From Candidatus Bathyarchaeum sp. (lineage in GTDB: Archaea > Thermoproteota > Bathyarchaeia > Bathyarchaeales > Bathyarchaeaceae): a DNA stretch of 15,009 nt. Below, piece by piece: positions 7,490 to 15,009 of this stretch. Under the pieces are notes generated by a model that saw only the letters and a list, made by a program, of their open reading frames with translations, was not told the DNA's origin and made no database searches. Each line of letters opens with the position of its first letter. The stretch's first letter is position 1. The translations under genes were made by a program, and so were the position numbers. The DNA is taken from NCBI GenBank assembly GCA_026014495.1, contig JAOZIF010000156.1:1-15009 (forward strand). The letters are read 5' to 3'.

Positions 7490-8938
7490 ATGCGTGTTTG
7501 CTTGATTAACCCACCTCGCATCCAACCCAAAGTATGGGGAGAGCCAAATGTATTTCAGCCTGTAGAAATAGCGTATGTAGCAGCGGTCTTAGAAAAACAA
7601 CACAAAGTAAGCATTATAGATACTCCAACAGAAGGCAGAAAAAATCTTGAATCAATAGATGACGCGACATACAGGGTAGGTTTAAGCACTAAAGACATAA
7701 CAGACAGAATCAAACGGTGGTCACCAGATGTTGTGGGAATCAACATGCCATACTCGGGCTGGAGCAGAACAACATTTGAGCTCGCATCTGCAATAAAAAG
7801 CGTTGACAAAGACATCATTACCGTGTTGGATGGAACACATCCCTCTGCAAGACCCGCAGATTGCCTTGCTCACCAGGGCGTAGACTTTGTTGTAATAGGT
7901 GAAAGAGAACAAACCACGCTTGAACTGGTTGGCGAATTAGAGCAAGGATTCACACAAGATTTCAAGAAAATAAAGGGAATCGCCTATCTTAAAGATGAAA
8001 AGACGGTCATTACTGCTCCAAGACCTAAAATTACAGATTTAGATTCGCTGCCATTTCCAGCAAGACACTTGCTCCCCATGAGCACATACTTTGACGCGGT
8101 AAGAGAAAACCCACTAAGAGGAGTAATACACAAACCATGGGCAGCAATGATGACTAGCAGAGGTTGCCCACACGAGTGCGTTTTTTGTTCAGTTCATCTT
8201 ACTATGGGAAGACAGTGGAGGGGCAGAAGCCCTGAAAACGTGATTGAAGAGTTAGAGCAGTTGGTTGATACTTACCACATTAAACAGATTGACTTCACTG
8301 AAAGCAATATTGCTCTGGACAAAAAAAGGATGGAAAATATCTGCGATTTAATCGTGGAACATGGAATAGATATTGAATGGTATACTCCAGACGGTTTGAG
8401 GGCGGATACTGTTGATGAAAACCTTTTGAGAAAAATGAAGCGTTCTGGTTGTAAGAAGATACGTATTGCTCCCGAGTCGGGCGTTCAGCGTGTTGTGAAT
8501 GAGGTTATTAAAAAAAATCAGGATTTAAAAGATGTGGAGAACGCTCTGATTTGGTCCAAAAAAGTGGGAATCAAAGTAGGATGCTTTTTTGTAATGGGAT
8601 TTGTAGGTGAAACAAAAGAAGACATTAAACAGACCATAGATTACGCGTATAAACTAAGAAAGTTAGGAGCAGATATTTTTCACTTTAGCATAGCCACCCC
8701 ATTATACGGAACAGAACTGTATGAGCAGGCTAAAAGTGGCGGTTTCTTAATGGACAATTTCAATGATGAAGCATTAGCTGCAGCTGAGCCTTTAATTGAA
8801 ACTCCAGAGTTCACAGCAGCCGAGTTGCGCGAATTATGCATACAAGCCAACATAGTAAATCAGAAGATTACTCCCGATAAAATTGTGAAAGCCATTTTGG
8901 ACCCAAAAAAAGCAATCAAAATGCTATGGAAAAGATAG
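7490..8938 (+). CDS. Cobalamin-binding-domain radical SAM protein (divergent third member), 482 aa
   Basis: VCLINPP, AYVAAVL, DLDSLPFPARHLL, SRGCPHECVFC (CxxxCxxC), IAPESG, ATPLYGT. Confidence 0.9.
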   Translation: MRVCLINPPRIQPKVWGEPNVFQPVEIAYVAAVLEKQHKVSIIDTPTEGRKNLESIDDATYRVGLSTKDITDRIKRWSPDVVGINMPYSGWSRTTFELASAIKSVDKDIITVLDGTHPSARPADCLAHQGVDFVVIGEREQTTLELVGELEQGFTQDFKKIKGIAYLKDEKTVITAPRPKITDLDSLPFPARHLLPMSTYFDAVRENPLRGVIHKPWAAMMTSRGCPHECVFCSVHLTMGRQWRGRSPENVIEELEQLVDTYHIKQIDFTESNIALDKKRMENICDLIVEHGIDIEWYTPDGLRADTVDENLLRKMKRSGCKKIRIAPESGVQRVVNEVIKKNQDLKDVENALIWSKKVGIKVGCFFVMGFVGETKEDIKQTIDYAYKLRKLGADIFHFSIATPLYGTELYEQAKSGGFLMDNFNDEALAAAEPLIETPEFTAAELRELCIQANIVNQKITPDKIVKAILDPKKAIKMLWKR

Positions 8939-9017
8939 ATCAAATGGGATAAGTTCTGCACACTACAAGCTAGCGAAGCGACAAGGTTAACAGTTGGCGC
9001 ATAGCATCGAGTTGATG

Positions 9018-10403
9018 TTAGAATTTGGCTTTAATTGCTCTGAGGAGATGTGCTAAAGCTGTTTTTGTTGCAGAAAATCCATAGACTCCGCCTTTAGAGA
9101 ACATACGTAGAATATAGGTAGGGCGAATGTAAAATCTGTGAAACGCTTTTTCTCGGATTTCTCTTAACTCTTGCATGCTCAGCGTTGGTAACTCAAAGAT
9201 TGGAGTCGCTGTGTCGTATCTGTCAAAGTCAGTTACTTTTAGCCAGTTATTTTTTTTGACCAATTCGTACATGGGAGTTCCGGGGTAAGGTGTGGCAATG
9301 TAAAAGCCTACATCATCAGGATTTAGTTTTTCTACAAACTTTATTGTTTCCCATGCGGTTTCCTTAGTTTCACCAGGAGTACCAAGGATTGTGCCAGCAA
9401 CAACCATTAGTCCCACTTCTTTTGTCCAATTAAAGGCCCTCATAACTTGTTCAAGGGAGAAGCCTTTTTCCATATTGTCTATGACCTTCTGGGAGCCGGA
9501 CTCAACTCCATACCATACAGCATAGCAGCCCGCCTTCTTCATTAATATGAGCAACTCTTTTGTAACCATGTCTACACGGGTTTCGCAGTCCCATTTTATT
9601 TTCAGTTTTCGACGGATTATTTCTTCGCAGAGTTCTGCAGTTCTGGGCTGATTGACAGTAAAACTATCATCATAAAAAGTAAACATGTCTGACCCGAAAG
9701 TTTTATGAAGATACTCAATTTCGTCCACAACATTTTTTGGGCTACGCATCCGATATCTTCGACCAAACATCCTAACTGCCGAGCAGAATTCACACCAGAA
9801 TGTGCAGCCGCGGCTTGTCATTACTGGAAAGATTACATCGCCGTATTTTTTGAGGTTTTCAATAGGCCAGAGGTGATGAGCAGGAAACGGTAAACTGTCA
9901 AGGTCTTCTATGTAAGGCCTGTCAGGGTTACGAACAATTTCTTCACCCTTTTTGCAGGTTATGCCTAAAACATCATAGAAGTCCTTGCCTGCTTCTAAGC
10001 GTTCTACAAGTTCCAGCATTGTGTTTTCGCCTTCTTTTCTTACAATAACATCCAAGTCTGGGGATTCTTGCAAGGCTTTGTCATCCCAGAAGGTGGCGTG
10101 GACGCCTCCAAGAATTGTTAGGCATTTGGGGTGAAGTTGTTTGGCGATTTTTGCTGCTCGGAGTGCAGATTTGTATGTGAGTGTAGTTGAGGTCATTCCT
10201 ACTATGTCGGGTTTGCGTTTGCTGAGTTCAGCTTTTAATTCGGCATGTGATATTTTGAGGGCTTGGCAGTCGATTACATCAACTTTGTAGTTGTTTTTTT
10301 CTAAAACAGCAGCTAGGTACCCAAGACCTAGTGGGGTGAATGGAGGGTGGTGATGTGCGCCCTCGGGGTAAGGTGGATTTACAAGAGTTACATTCAGGGT
10401 CAT
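9018..10403 (-). CDS. Cobalamin-binding radical SAM protein (class B-like), copy 2, 461 aa
   Basis: Same motifs as copy 1 (PLGLGYLAAVL, SRGCTFWCEFC, FYDD, GVESGS, TPYPGT). Gapless alignment to 3115..4500 with 87 aa differences by hand count. Confidence 0.92.
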   Translation of the reverse strand: MTLNVTLVNPPYPEGAHHHPPFTPLGLGYLAAVLEKNNYKVDVIDCQALKISHAELKAELSKRKPDIVGMTSTTLTYKSALRAAKIAKQLHPKCLTILGGVHATFWDDKALQESPDLDVIVRKEGENTMLELVERLEAGKDFYDVLGITCKKGEEIVRNPDRPYIEDLDSLPFPAHHLWPIENLKKYGDVIFPVMTSRGCTFWCEFCSAVRMFGRRYRMRSPKNVVDEIEYLHKTFGSDMFTFYDDSFTVNQPRTAELCEEIIRRKLKIKWDCETRVDMVTKELLILMKKAGCYAVWYGVESGSQKVIDNMEKGFSLEQVMRAFNWTKEVGLMVVAGTILGTPGETKETAWETIKFVEKLNPDDVGFYIATPYPGTPMYELVKKNNWLKVTDFDRYDTATPIFELPTLSMQELREIREKAFHRFYIRPTYILRMFSKGGVYGFSATKTALAHLLRAIKAKF

Positions 10404-10467
10404 TGTTCTTACCTGACGTATTTGGTGCTACAACTACAAGAAACGCTATGCTTAATATGTTTTGCAT
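10404..10467 (-). promoter_or_regulatory. Promoter/leader of radical SAM copy 2 (duplicate of 4501..4565)
   Basis: Same AAAACATATTAAG and AGGTAAGAACA-ATG elements as copy 1. Confidence 0.7.
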
Positions 10468-10503
10468 AAAGTTCAGTGAAGCTTTCCGTTAAAGTCAAAT
10501 TAC

Positions 10504-11490
10504 CTAAAATGGGAAAAAGTAGGCAGTAGTTAACACTAGCACAGGCACTACAAGAAGTACACCTAAAATTATTGCCACGTTTCTGATTTTTAATGAACGA
10601 AGTATTTTGTTTGCATCCAACTCTTCGAGAGGGTCACCAACGGCGTATTGTCCGGGTTTTTCTAATTGTACACGGAGCGCTCCAGCAATTGATGCCATCT
10701 GCCATCCATGATTTGTGCTTGGAATTTTAGCTTGGTCTCGACGTGCAATTGTCCACGCGCTCTTATAGTCGTCGCCTGTGATTGCTGCGGCTAAAATTAG
10801 TAGAAGTGTTGTTAATCTAGCGGGGATATAGTTAACTATAGTGTCAAAGACTGCAGAGAACCATCCTATGTGAAGGTGTTCAGGGTCTTTAAATCCAACC
10901 ATTCCGTCGAGTGTGTTAACGGCTCGGAAGGCGACGGCGCCTGGAACACCAAAAAAGCCGTAATAAAAGATTGGAGATAACCTAAAATCTGTCAGGTTTT
11001 CGGCTAACGATTCTATAACAGAAGAAACTATTTGGGGTCCAGTTAATTCTTTGTTGTCTCTTCGGGAGAAGTGAGCATATTTTCGTGCTTCAGTCAGGTC
11101 TCCTGATTCTATGGCTTTGGCTGCGGCTTTGCCCCAATCTGTTTCAAGTTTCATGCAAATGGTTAGTTTGAGGATAATAGCAGCGACAATTATGTAAACC
11201 AGCACGCCTAGGTAAGTGTAGATGACTTTTAGCCCAAAATATACAGGTATGGTAAAGGTTAGAATGACTGTCAGAGCTAAAATGATGCCATTTATTTTTT
11301 CTATTTTTGGATTCTTGTTTTTTAAACGGCGCTCCAGTATTTGAGTGAAGGTTCCCATCCAAACAGTTGGATGTAATCTGAATTGGAGTCTGTGCGGATA
11401 GTTAGGAGAAGGGTCACCGAAAATCAGGTCTAACACTAAAGCTAAAACGAGAACAATGACCGCAATCAACAGACTTGTTATTGTTATCAT
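10504..11490 (-). CDS. cbiB: Adenosylcobinamide-phosphate synthase CbiB/CobD
   Basis: LALVLDLIFGDP..HPTVWMG, ESLAENLTD..SPIFY, AFRAVNTLDGMVGF, NYIPARLT, STNHGWQMASIAGALRVQLEKPGQY; hydrophobic membrane protein. Confidence 0.93.
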   Translation of the reverse strand: MITITSLLIAVIVLVLALVLDLIFGDPSPNYPHRLQFRLHPTVWMGTFTQILERRLKNKNPKIEKINGIILALTVILTFTIPVYFGLKVIYTYLGVLVYIIVAAIILKLTICMKLETDWGKAAAKAIESGDLTEARKYAHFSRRDNKELTGPQIVSSVIESLAENLTDFRLSPIFYYGFFGVPGAVAFRAVNTLDGMVGFKDPEHLHIGWFSAVFDTIVNYIPARLTTLLLILAAAITGDDYKSAWTIARRDQAKIPSTNHGWQMASIAGALRVQLEKPGQYAVGDPLEELDANKILRSLKIRNVAIILGVLLVVPVLVLTTAYFFPF

Positions 11491-11602
11491 TCGGCAAACA
11501 CTGCTCGGGTAAACAGATAGATACCGATAGTCCAGAAATGTTACTTAAATCGATTGTCATCAAAATCGTTAACATAACAACAAAATAACATAATGAACCC
11601 AG

Positions 11603-13183
11603 TTAAGGCAAGTTTTGGTAAACCACTTTTCCTGACACAAGAGTCATCGCTACTTTAATCTCACCAATTTTGCTGGAAGCAGATGTTCGCGGGTCACCTG
11701 AAAGTACTGCAAGGTCAGCTAGTTTGCCTTCCTCAATTGAGCCTTTAATGGCATCATCACAGGATGCATATGCTGCGTTAATTGTGTACATACGTAATGC
11801 CTCATCAACTGTTAGTTGTTCTTCAGGAAAGAAGGGTCTTGTTACTGCTGCTTGCATTCCCAGCAGGGGGCTTAGTGGTTCCATGGGGCAGTCTGAGCCG
11901 CCTATAATTCGTATGCCTTCATTGACCAGTGTTTTGAGTGGATAAAGCAATCTAGCTCTGCTATTTCCTAAGCGCTCAACTGCCGACCACACCAAAAATT
12001 CGGAGAGGGCACATTTGGGTTGTATAGAAATAATCATGCCCAGTTTCTTGATGCGACTAATTAACTCCTTGTTTAGAACGGAGGCATGTTCTATACGGTA
12101 TCGATGGTTCGTTTTTGGCTTGTCCATCAAAACTTTTTCTATAGCAGTTAAAGCCATGTTAATTGCTTTGTCGCCCATTGCATGTATAACTAAACCAAGA
12201 TGGGCTTTGTGAGCCTTAGCTACTAACGAGTCCAGTTCTTCTTGAGAGTACAGCAACTGCCCCGTTGTAGATTGCTGGTCAAGGTAGGGTTGAGTCAAAG
12301 CGGCTGTTCGTGCAGCTAATGAGCCGTCTACAAAAATCTTAAAGCCTAACAGTCTTGTTGAATTGTCCCCTGAACCTAAGAGCGAATTCAAGCTGTCTAG
12401 TTGGTTCAAAAGAGTTGCTGGAGCTATTATGTGAACTCTTAGGGGTAACTTGTTTTGTGAAGCAAGGCTCTGAATGACCTTGATTTCATTAGCTGATGAA
12501 ACTATCCAGTGTATGCTAGTTATTCCTGATGCCACGATTTTTTTGCATGCTAAACTAGCAGACTCGATGAGTTCTTGGTTACTGGGTTCAGGTATTGTTT
12601 TCCACACCAAATCTGTTGCGTTTTCTCGCAAAATTCCTGTGAGTTCTCCAGTTTTTGGGTCTTTTTCAAGTGTCCCACCTAATGGAGAGAATGTTTTGTT
12701 GGTTACTCCAGCCAAGTCTAAGGCTTTGCTGTTAACGACGCAAACGCGTCCACATTGATGATAAAGGATTACAGGATTGTCTGGTGAGGCTTCATTTAGG
12801 TCGTGAAGGTCTGGGTAACGCTTTTCAGCAAAACAGGCTTGGTCCCATCCGTTACCAATAATCCATCGGTTTTTAGGTATATTCTGTGCATGTTCTCTAA
12901 GTTTGGCTTGCAGTTCTTTGATAGAAGTTACCGCGGTCAAGTCAAGCCATGTTAAGAACTTTCCAAAATCAGCAACATGAATGTGCGAGTCTATAAACCC
13001 CGGAACAACAGATTTTCCCTGTAAATTAATGACCTTAGTGGAGTTTCCAACAAGTGAATTAATTTGATTGTTTGTACCGACTTTAACGATTCTGTCTTTT
13101 TTTATGGCAAGTGCTTGAGCAGTTGGTTTAGAGGAATCCATGGTTATAACGTTGCCATCGACTAAAACTAAATCCGCAAACAT
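11603..13183 (-). CDS. Metal-dependent amidohydrolase, YtcJ/NfdA-like (amidohydrolase 3 family)
   Basis: VPGFIDSHIH, KIFVDGSLAARTAAL..PY, HAMGDKA, YRIEHAS, GGSDCP, GSIEEGKLADLAVL. Start set to ATG 13183 (GGTGA 5 nt upstream) rather than the track's TTG at 13201. Confidence 0.9.
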   Translation of the reverse strand: MFADLVLVDGNVITMDSSKPTAQALAIKKDRIVKVGTNNQINSLVGNSTKVINLQGKSVVPGFIDSHIHVADFGKFLTWLDLTAVTSIKELQAKLREHAQNIPKNRWIIGNGWDQACFAEKRYPDLHDLNEASPDNPVILYHQCGRVCVVNSKALDLAGVTNKTFSPLGGTLEKDPKTGELTGILRENATDLVWKTIPEPSNQELIESASLACKKIVASGITSIHWIVSSANEIKVIQSLASQNKLPLRVHIIAPATLLNQLDSLNSLLGSGDNSTRLLGFKIFVDGSLAARTAALTQPYLDQQSTTGQLLYSQEELDSLVAKAHKAHLGLVIHAMGDKAINMALTAIEKVLMDKPKTNHRYRIEHASVLNKELISRIKKLGMIISIQPKCALSEFLVWSAVERLGNSRARLLYPLKTLVNEGIRIIGGSDCPMEPLSPLLGMQAAVTRPFFPEEQLTVDEALRMYTINAAYASCDDAIKGSIEEGKLADLAVLSGDPRTSASSKIGEIKVAMTLVSGKVVYQNLP

Positions 13184-13350
13184 CACAGTCACCGTTAACA
13201 ATCGAGTTTAAAAACAGTTAATGTTACAGATTTACTTTTTTGTTATACTTGCGTGACTACGCATAGCAGCCATCAGATTAACATTCTGACGGATATAAAG
13301 GAGCAAAGAAACAAAGGAAACAACATGAAGCGTTAACTGAGCAGTTTTAG

Positions 13351-14442
13351 TTAGTTACCTTTCTTGGAAGGGTCACCTTTTGGCTCATACAGACATGCGT
13401 TGTCAGGTCCAAAATAGGAGCCAGTAAGACCGTATGCTCGGGTTCTGCAGCCACCACATATTTTTCGATGCTCACAAATTCCACATTTGCCTTGCAAGTT
13501 GTCTGGGTTTTGTAGTTTTTTGTAAAATTCTGAGTTTTGCATTTTATCCCAGAGTTCTTTTAGGCTGTTTTCTTTGATGTTTCCAATCTTCAAGTCCTCA
13601 GAATAAAAGCAGGGGATTACGTCTCCGTTCTCTAGAACGCTCAGGTATCCTCCGAACACGAAGTATATGCATTTGGCGGTGTGTGTTTTGTTATACCATT
13701 CACAGAAGCCTTCGGGGTCACGCTCTTTGACGATTCTAATGTAGTGTGGACAATGGATGTTAAAATCAAAATCAACCTTGTATTGCTTTTTAGACAAATC
13801 ATATAGGTGATTCAAAAACACTTCATACTCTTGAGGCGTTGGCTCCAAGTCTAAATGTTGTTTTGCTCTGCCACTTGGAACCAAGTGATTAAACCAAACA
13901 AATTTTGCGCCATATTTTTCTGCCAAACCAACTATGTGATCAGCTTCATCAAGGTTGACTTTAGTTATAGCCATAGATAAGCCGTTTAAGATTCCAGCCT
14001 TTGACAGTTTCTGAATCGCCGCCAAGGCTGCTTTGTATGAACCTTGTCCTCGTAGTGCATCGTTTGCTTTTTCTGAGCCGTCTATGCTGATGGATGTGTA
14101 CACATTGTACTTAACTAGGTTGTCAAGGATTTCTCCATCCACATAATAGCCATTAGTGAGTAAGCACACCTCAAGCCCCAAATCTTTTGCATGTGCAATA
14201 AGCGTGAAAACATCTTTACGTAAAAGCGGTTCTCCTCCCTTTAACCCAAACCACTGGGAACCAAACTCGTAGATTTGGTCAACAAGACGCAATCCCCATT
14301 CTGTGTCTAGTTCGTCAGGAGACTTTGTCATGTTTGCATCTACATTACAGTATACACAACTATAATTACAAGCGCCAGTAGCTCTCCAAGAAGTGATCAT
14401 TAAAGGGCCTTCAAGTTTCTTTGGGGGACCAGGACATGCCAT
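13351..14442 (-). CDS. Radical SAM/SPASM domain protein (AhbC/AhbD/NirJ/PqqE-like)
   Basis: CNYSCVYC, KGGEPLLR, LLTNG, SISIDG. SPASM cysteines: KC..GYLSVLENGDVIPC and GKCGICEHRKICGGCRTRAY...DNAC. Confidence 0.88.
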   Translation of the reverse strand: MACPGPPKKLEGPLMITSWRATGACNYSCVYCNVDANMTKSPDELDTEWGLRLVDQIYEFGSQWFGLKGGEPLLRKDVFTLIAHAKDLGLEVCLLTNGYYVDGEILDNLVKYNVYTSISIDGSEKANDALRGQGSYKAALAAIQKLSKAGILNGLSMAITKVNLDEADHIVGLAEKYGAKFVWFNHLVPSGRAKQHLDLEPTPQEYEVFLNHLYDLSKKQYKVDFDFNIHCPHYIRIVKERDPEGFCEWYNKTHTAKCIYFVFGGYLSVLENGDVIPCFYSEDLKIGNIKENSLKELWDKMQNSEFYKKLQNPDNLQGKCGICEHRKICGGCRTRAYGLTGSYFGPDNACLYEPKGDPSKKGN

Positions 14443-14765
14443 TTTGAATCAAAACCATCCAGATTGATAAAAATGTAGTATAATTGCAAGTTAAAAACGA
14501 TTCCGTTTTGCTTGCACACATATCCTGCAACTAAACACTACAACATAATAAATAAAATGAATGGATATCCCAACAATTAAGGAACAAAAAGAATATCACT
14601 TTGCTAAAAAATCAAGTGGTTAAACTTAAAATCAGAACAGGTTATACTCTAGTACAGTCTTTAGTTTCCAAAATAAATTATCTATCACAGGTCTAGAAAT
14701 AATTTAGTATAATAAACCGAAACACACATTGAATACGCTCTGCTAATCAATCAAGCATATTCTCT

Positions 14766-14810
14766 AAAAACAAAGAAAAAAAAAGAAAAATGGAAGGGAA
14801 TTTTAATCCC
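14766..14810 (-). terminator. Oligo-T terminator after the surface protein gene
   Basis: After the TAA, minus strand reads GGGATTAAAATTCCC (weak stem) then TTCCATTTTTCTTTTTTTTTCTTTGTTTTT. Confidence 0.6.
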
Positions 14811-15009
14811 TTATTTTCGCTTTTTGAGTGCCCAGAAGGCAACGATTCCTGCGACTGCAATTATGGCAACTGCGATTATGGCTAGTTCGGTTGTGCCTAA
14901 TCCGAGTACTCCAGGTTCTTCAGGTTCTTCAGGTTCAATTGGTGTTGATGTTGTTGTTGCTGGATCTACTGCGATAGCGGTTTCAGCGTATGAGCCCCAG
15001 TATGAGTTA
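14811..15009 (-). CDS. C-terminus of a membrane-anchored surface protein, probably another Bathyarchaeia-type PQQ-like beta-propeller protein (5' end outside the window)
   Basis: Hand translation: NSYWGSYAETAIAVDPATTTSTPIEPEEPEEPGVLGLGTTELAIIAVAIIAVAGIVAFWALKKRK*, i.e. Thr/Pro/Glu linker, TM helix and basic tail. The family call rests on recalled resemblance of the SYWGSYAET motif. Confidence 0.75.
   Translation of the reverse strand, partial: NSYWGSYAETAIAVDPATTTSTPIEPEEPEEPGVLGLGTTELAIIAVAIIAVAGIVAFWALKKRK
14912..14936. repeat. Short coding tandem repeat (caggttctt x ~2.8) encoding the EPEEPEEP linker
   Basis: caggttctt caggttctt caggttc. Confidence 0.8.

Noticed and set aside
4501-9017. 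Composite mobile element bounded by the duplicated genes
   Set aside because: No transposase, integrase, terminal inverted repeats or target-site duplication; the repeats are enzyme genes.
11491-11602. Cobalamin riboswitch upstream of cbiB or the B12 enzymes
   Set aside because: Intergenic regions are short and show no B12-box consensus; an Rfam scan would be definitive.
3235-12758. Other short track ORFs overlapping real genes (e.g. 5008-5445, 6045-6248, 7555-7818, 10279-10467, 11670-11945)
   Set aside because: Opposite-strand or off-frame overlaps of well-supported genes; no independent motif or RBS evidence.
13184-13201. TTG start of the amidohydrolase at 13201
   Set aside because: ATG 13183 has a GGTGA RBS at suitable spacing and gives the typical family start (MFADLVL.NG-like).
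14561-14623. 20-aa plus-strand ORF MDIPTIKEQKEYHFAKKSSG as a possible SPASM precursor peptide
   Set aside because: No RBS, opposite strand to the enzyme, no PqqA (ExxxY)-like context or mycofactocin-like core; the length is expected by chance.
13351-15009. PQQ biosynthesis system (PqqE-like enzyme next to PQQ-repeat proteins)
   Set aside because: No pqqA/B/C/D in the window; PQQ-like repeats are common non-catalytic propellers and SPASM similarity is not PqqE-specific.

Overview
Archaeal chromosomal window. TATA/BRE-type promoters, oligo-T terminators and the protein families point to Bathyarchaeia, a lineage call made by resemblance, not by database search. It holds nine complete genes between two partial, co-directional genes for large secreted surface proteins, both missing from the ORF track: a PQQ-like beta-propeller protein (1..1876, -) and a membrane-anchored C-terminus (14811..15009, -). 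The complete genes encode a class I SAM methyltransferase, three cobalamin-binding radical SAM enzymes, a ~6-TM membrane protein, an RnfD-family protein, CbiB/CobD, a YtcJ-like amidohydrolase and a radical SAM/SPASM protein. Two of the B12 radical SAM genes are 461-aa paralogs exactly 5903 bp apart, ~81% identical by hand count, with a duplicated promoter and perfectly identical internal tracts. The most unusual element is the stand-alone RnfD, which is fused to an RnfC-like 2x[4Fe-4S] domain and lacks the canonical covalent-FMN threonine motif. It may be a minimal membrane redox module serving a cobamide-dependent radical-chemistry cluster; this is a hypothesis. No RNA genes, CRISPR arrays or mobile elements were recognised.
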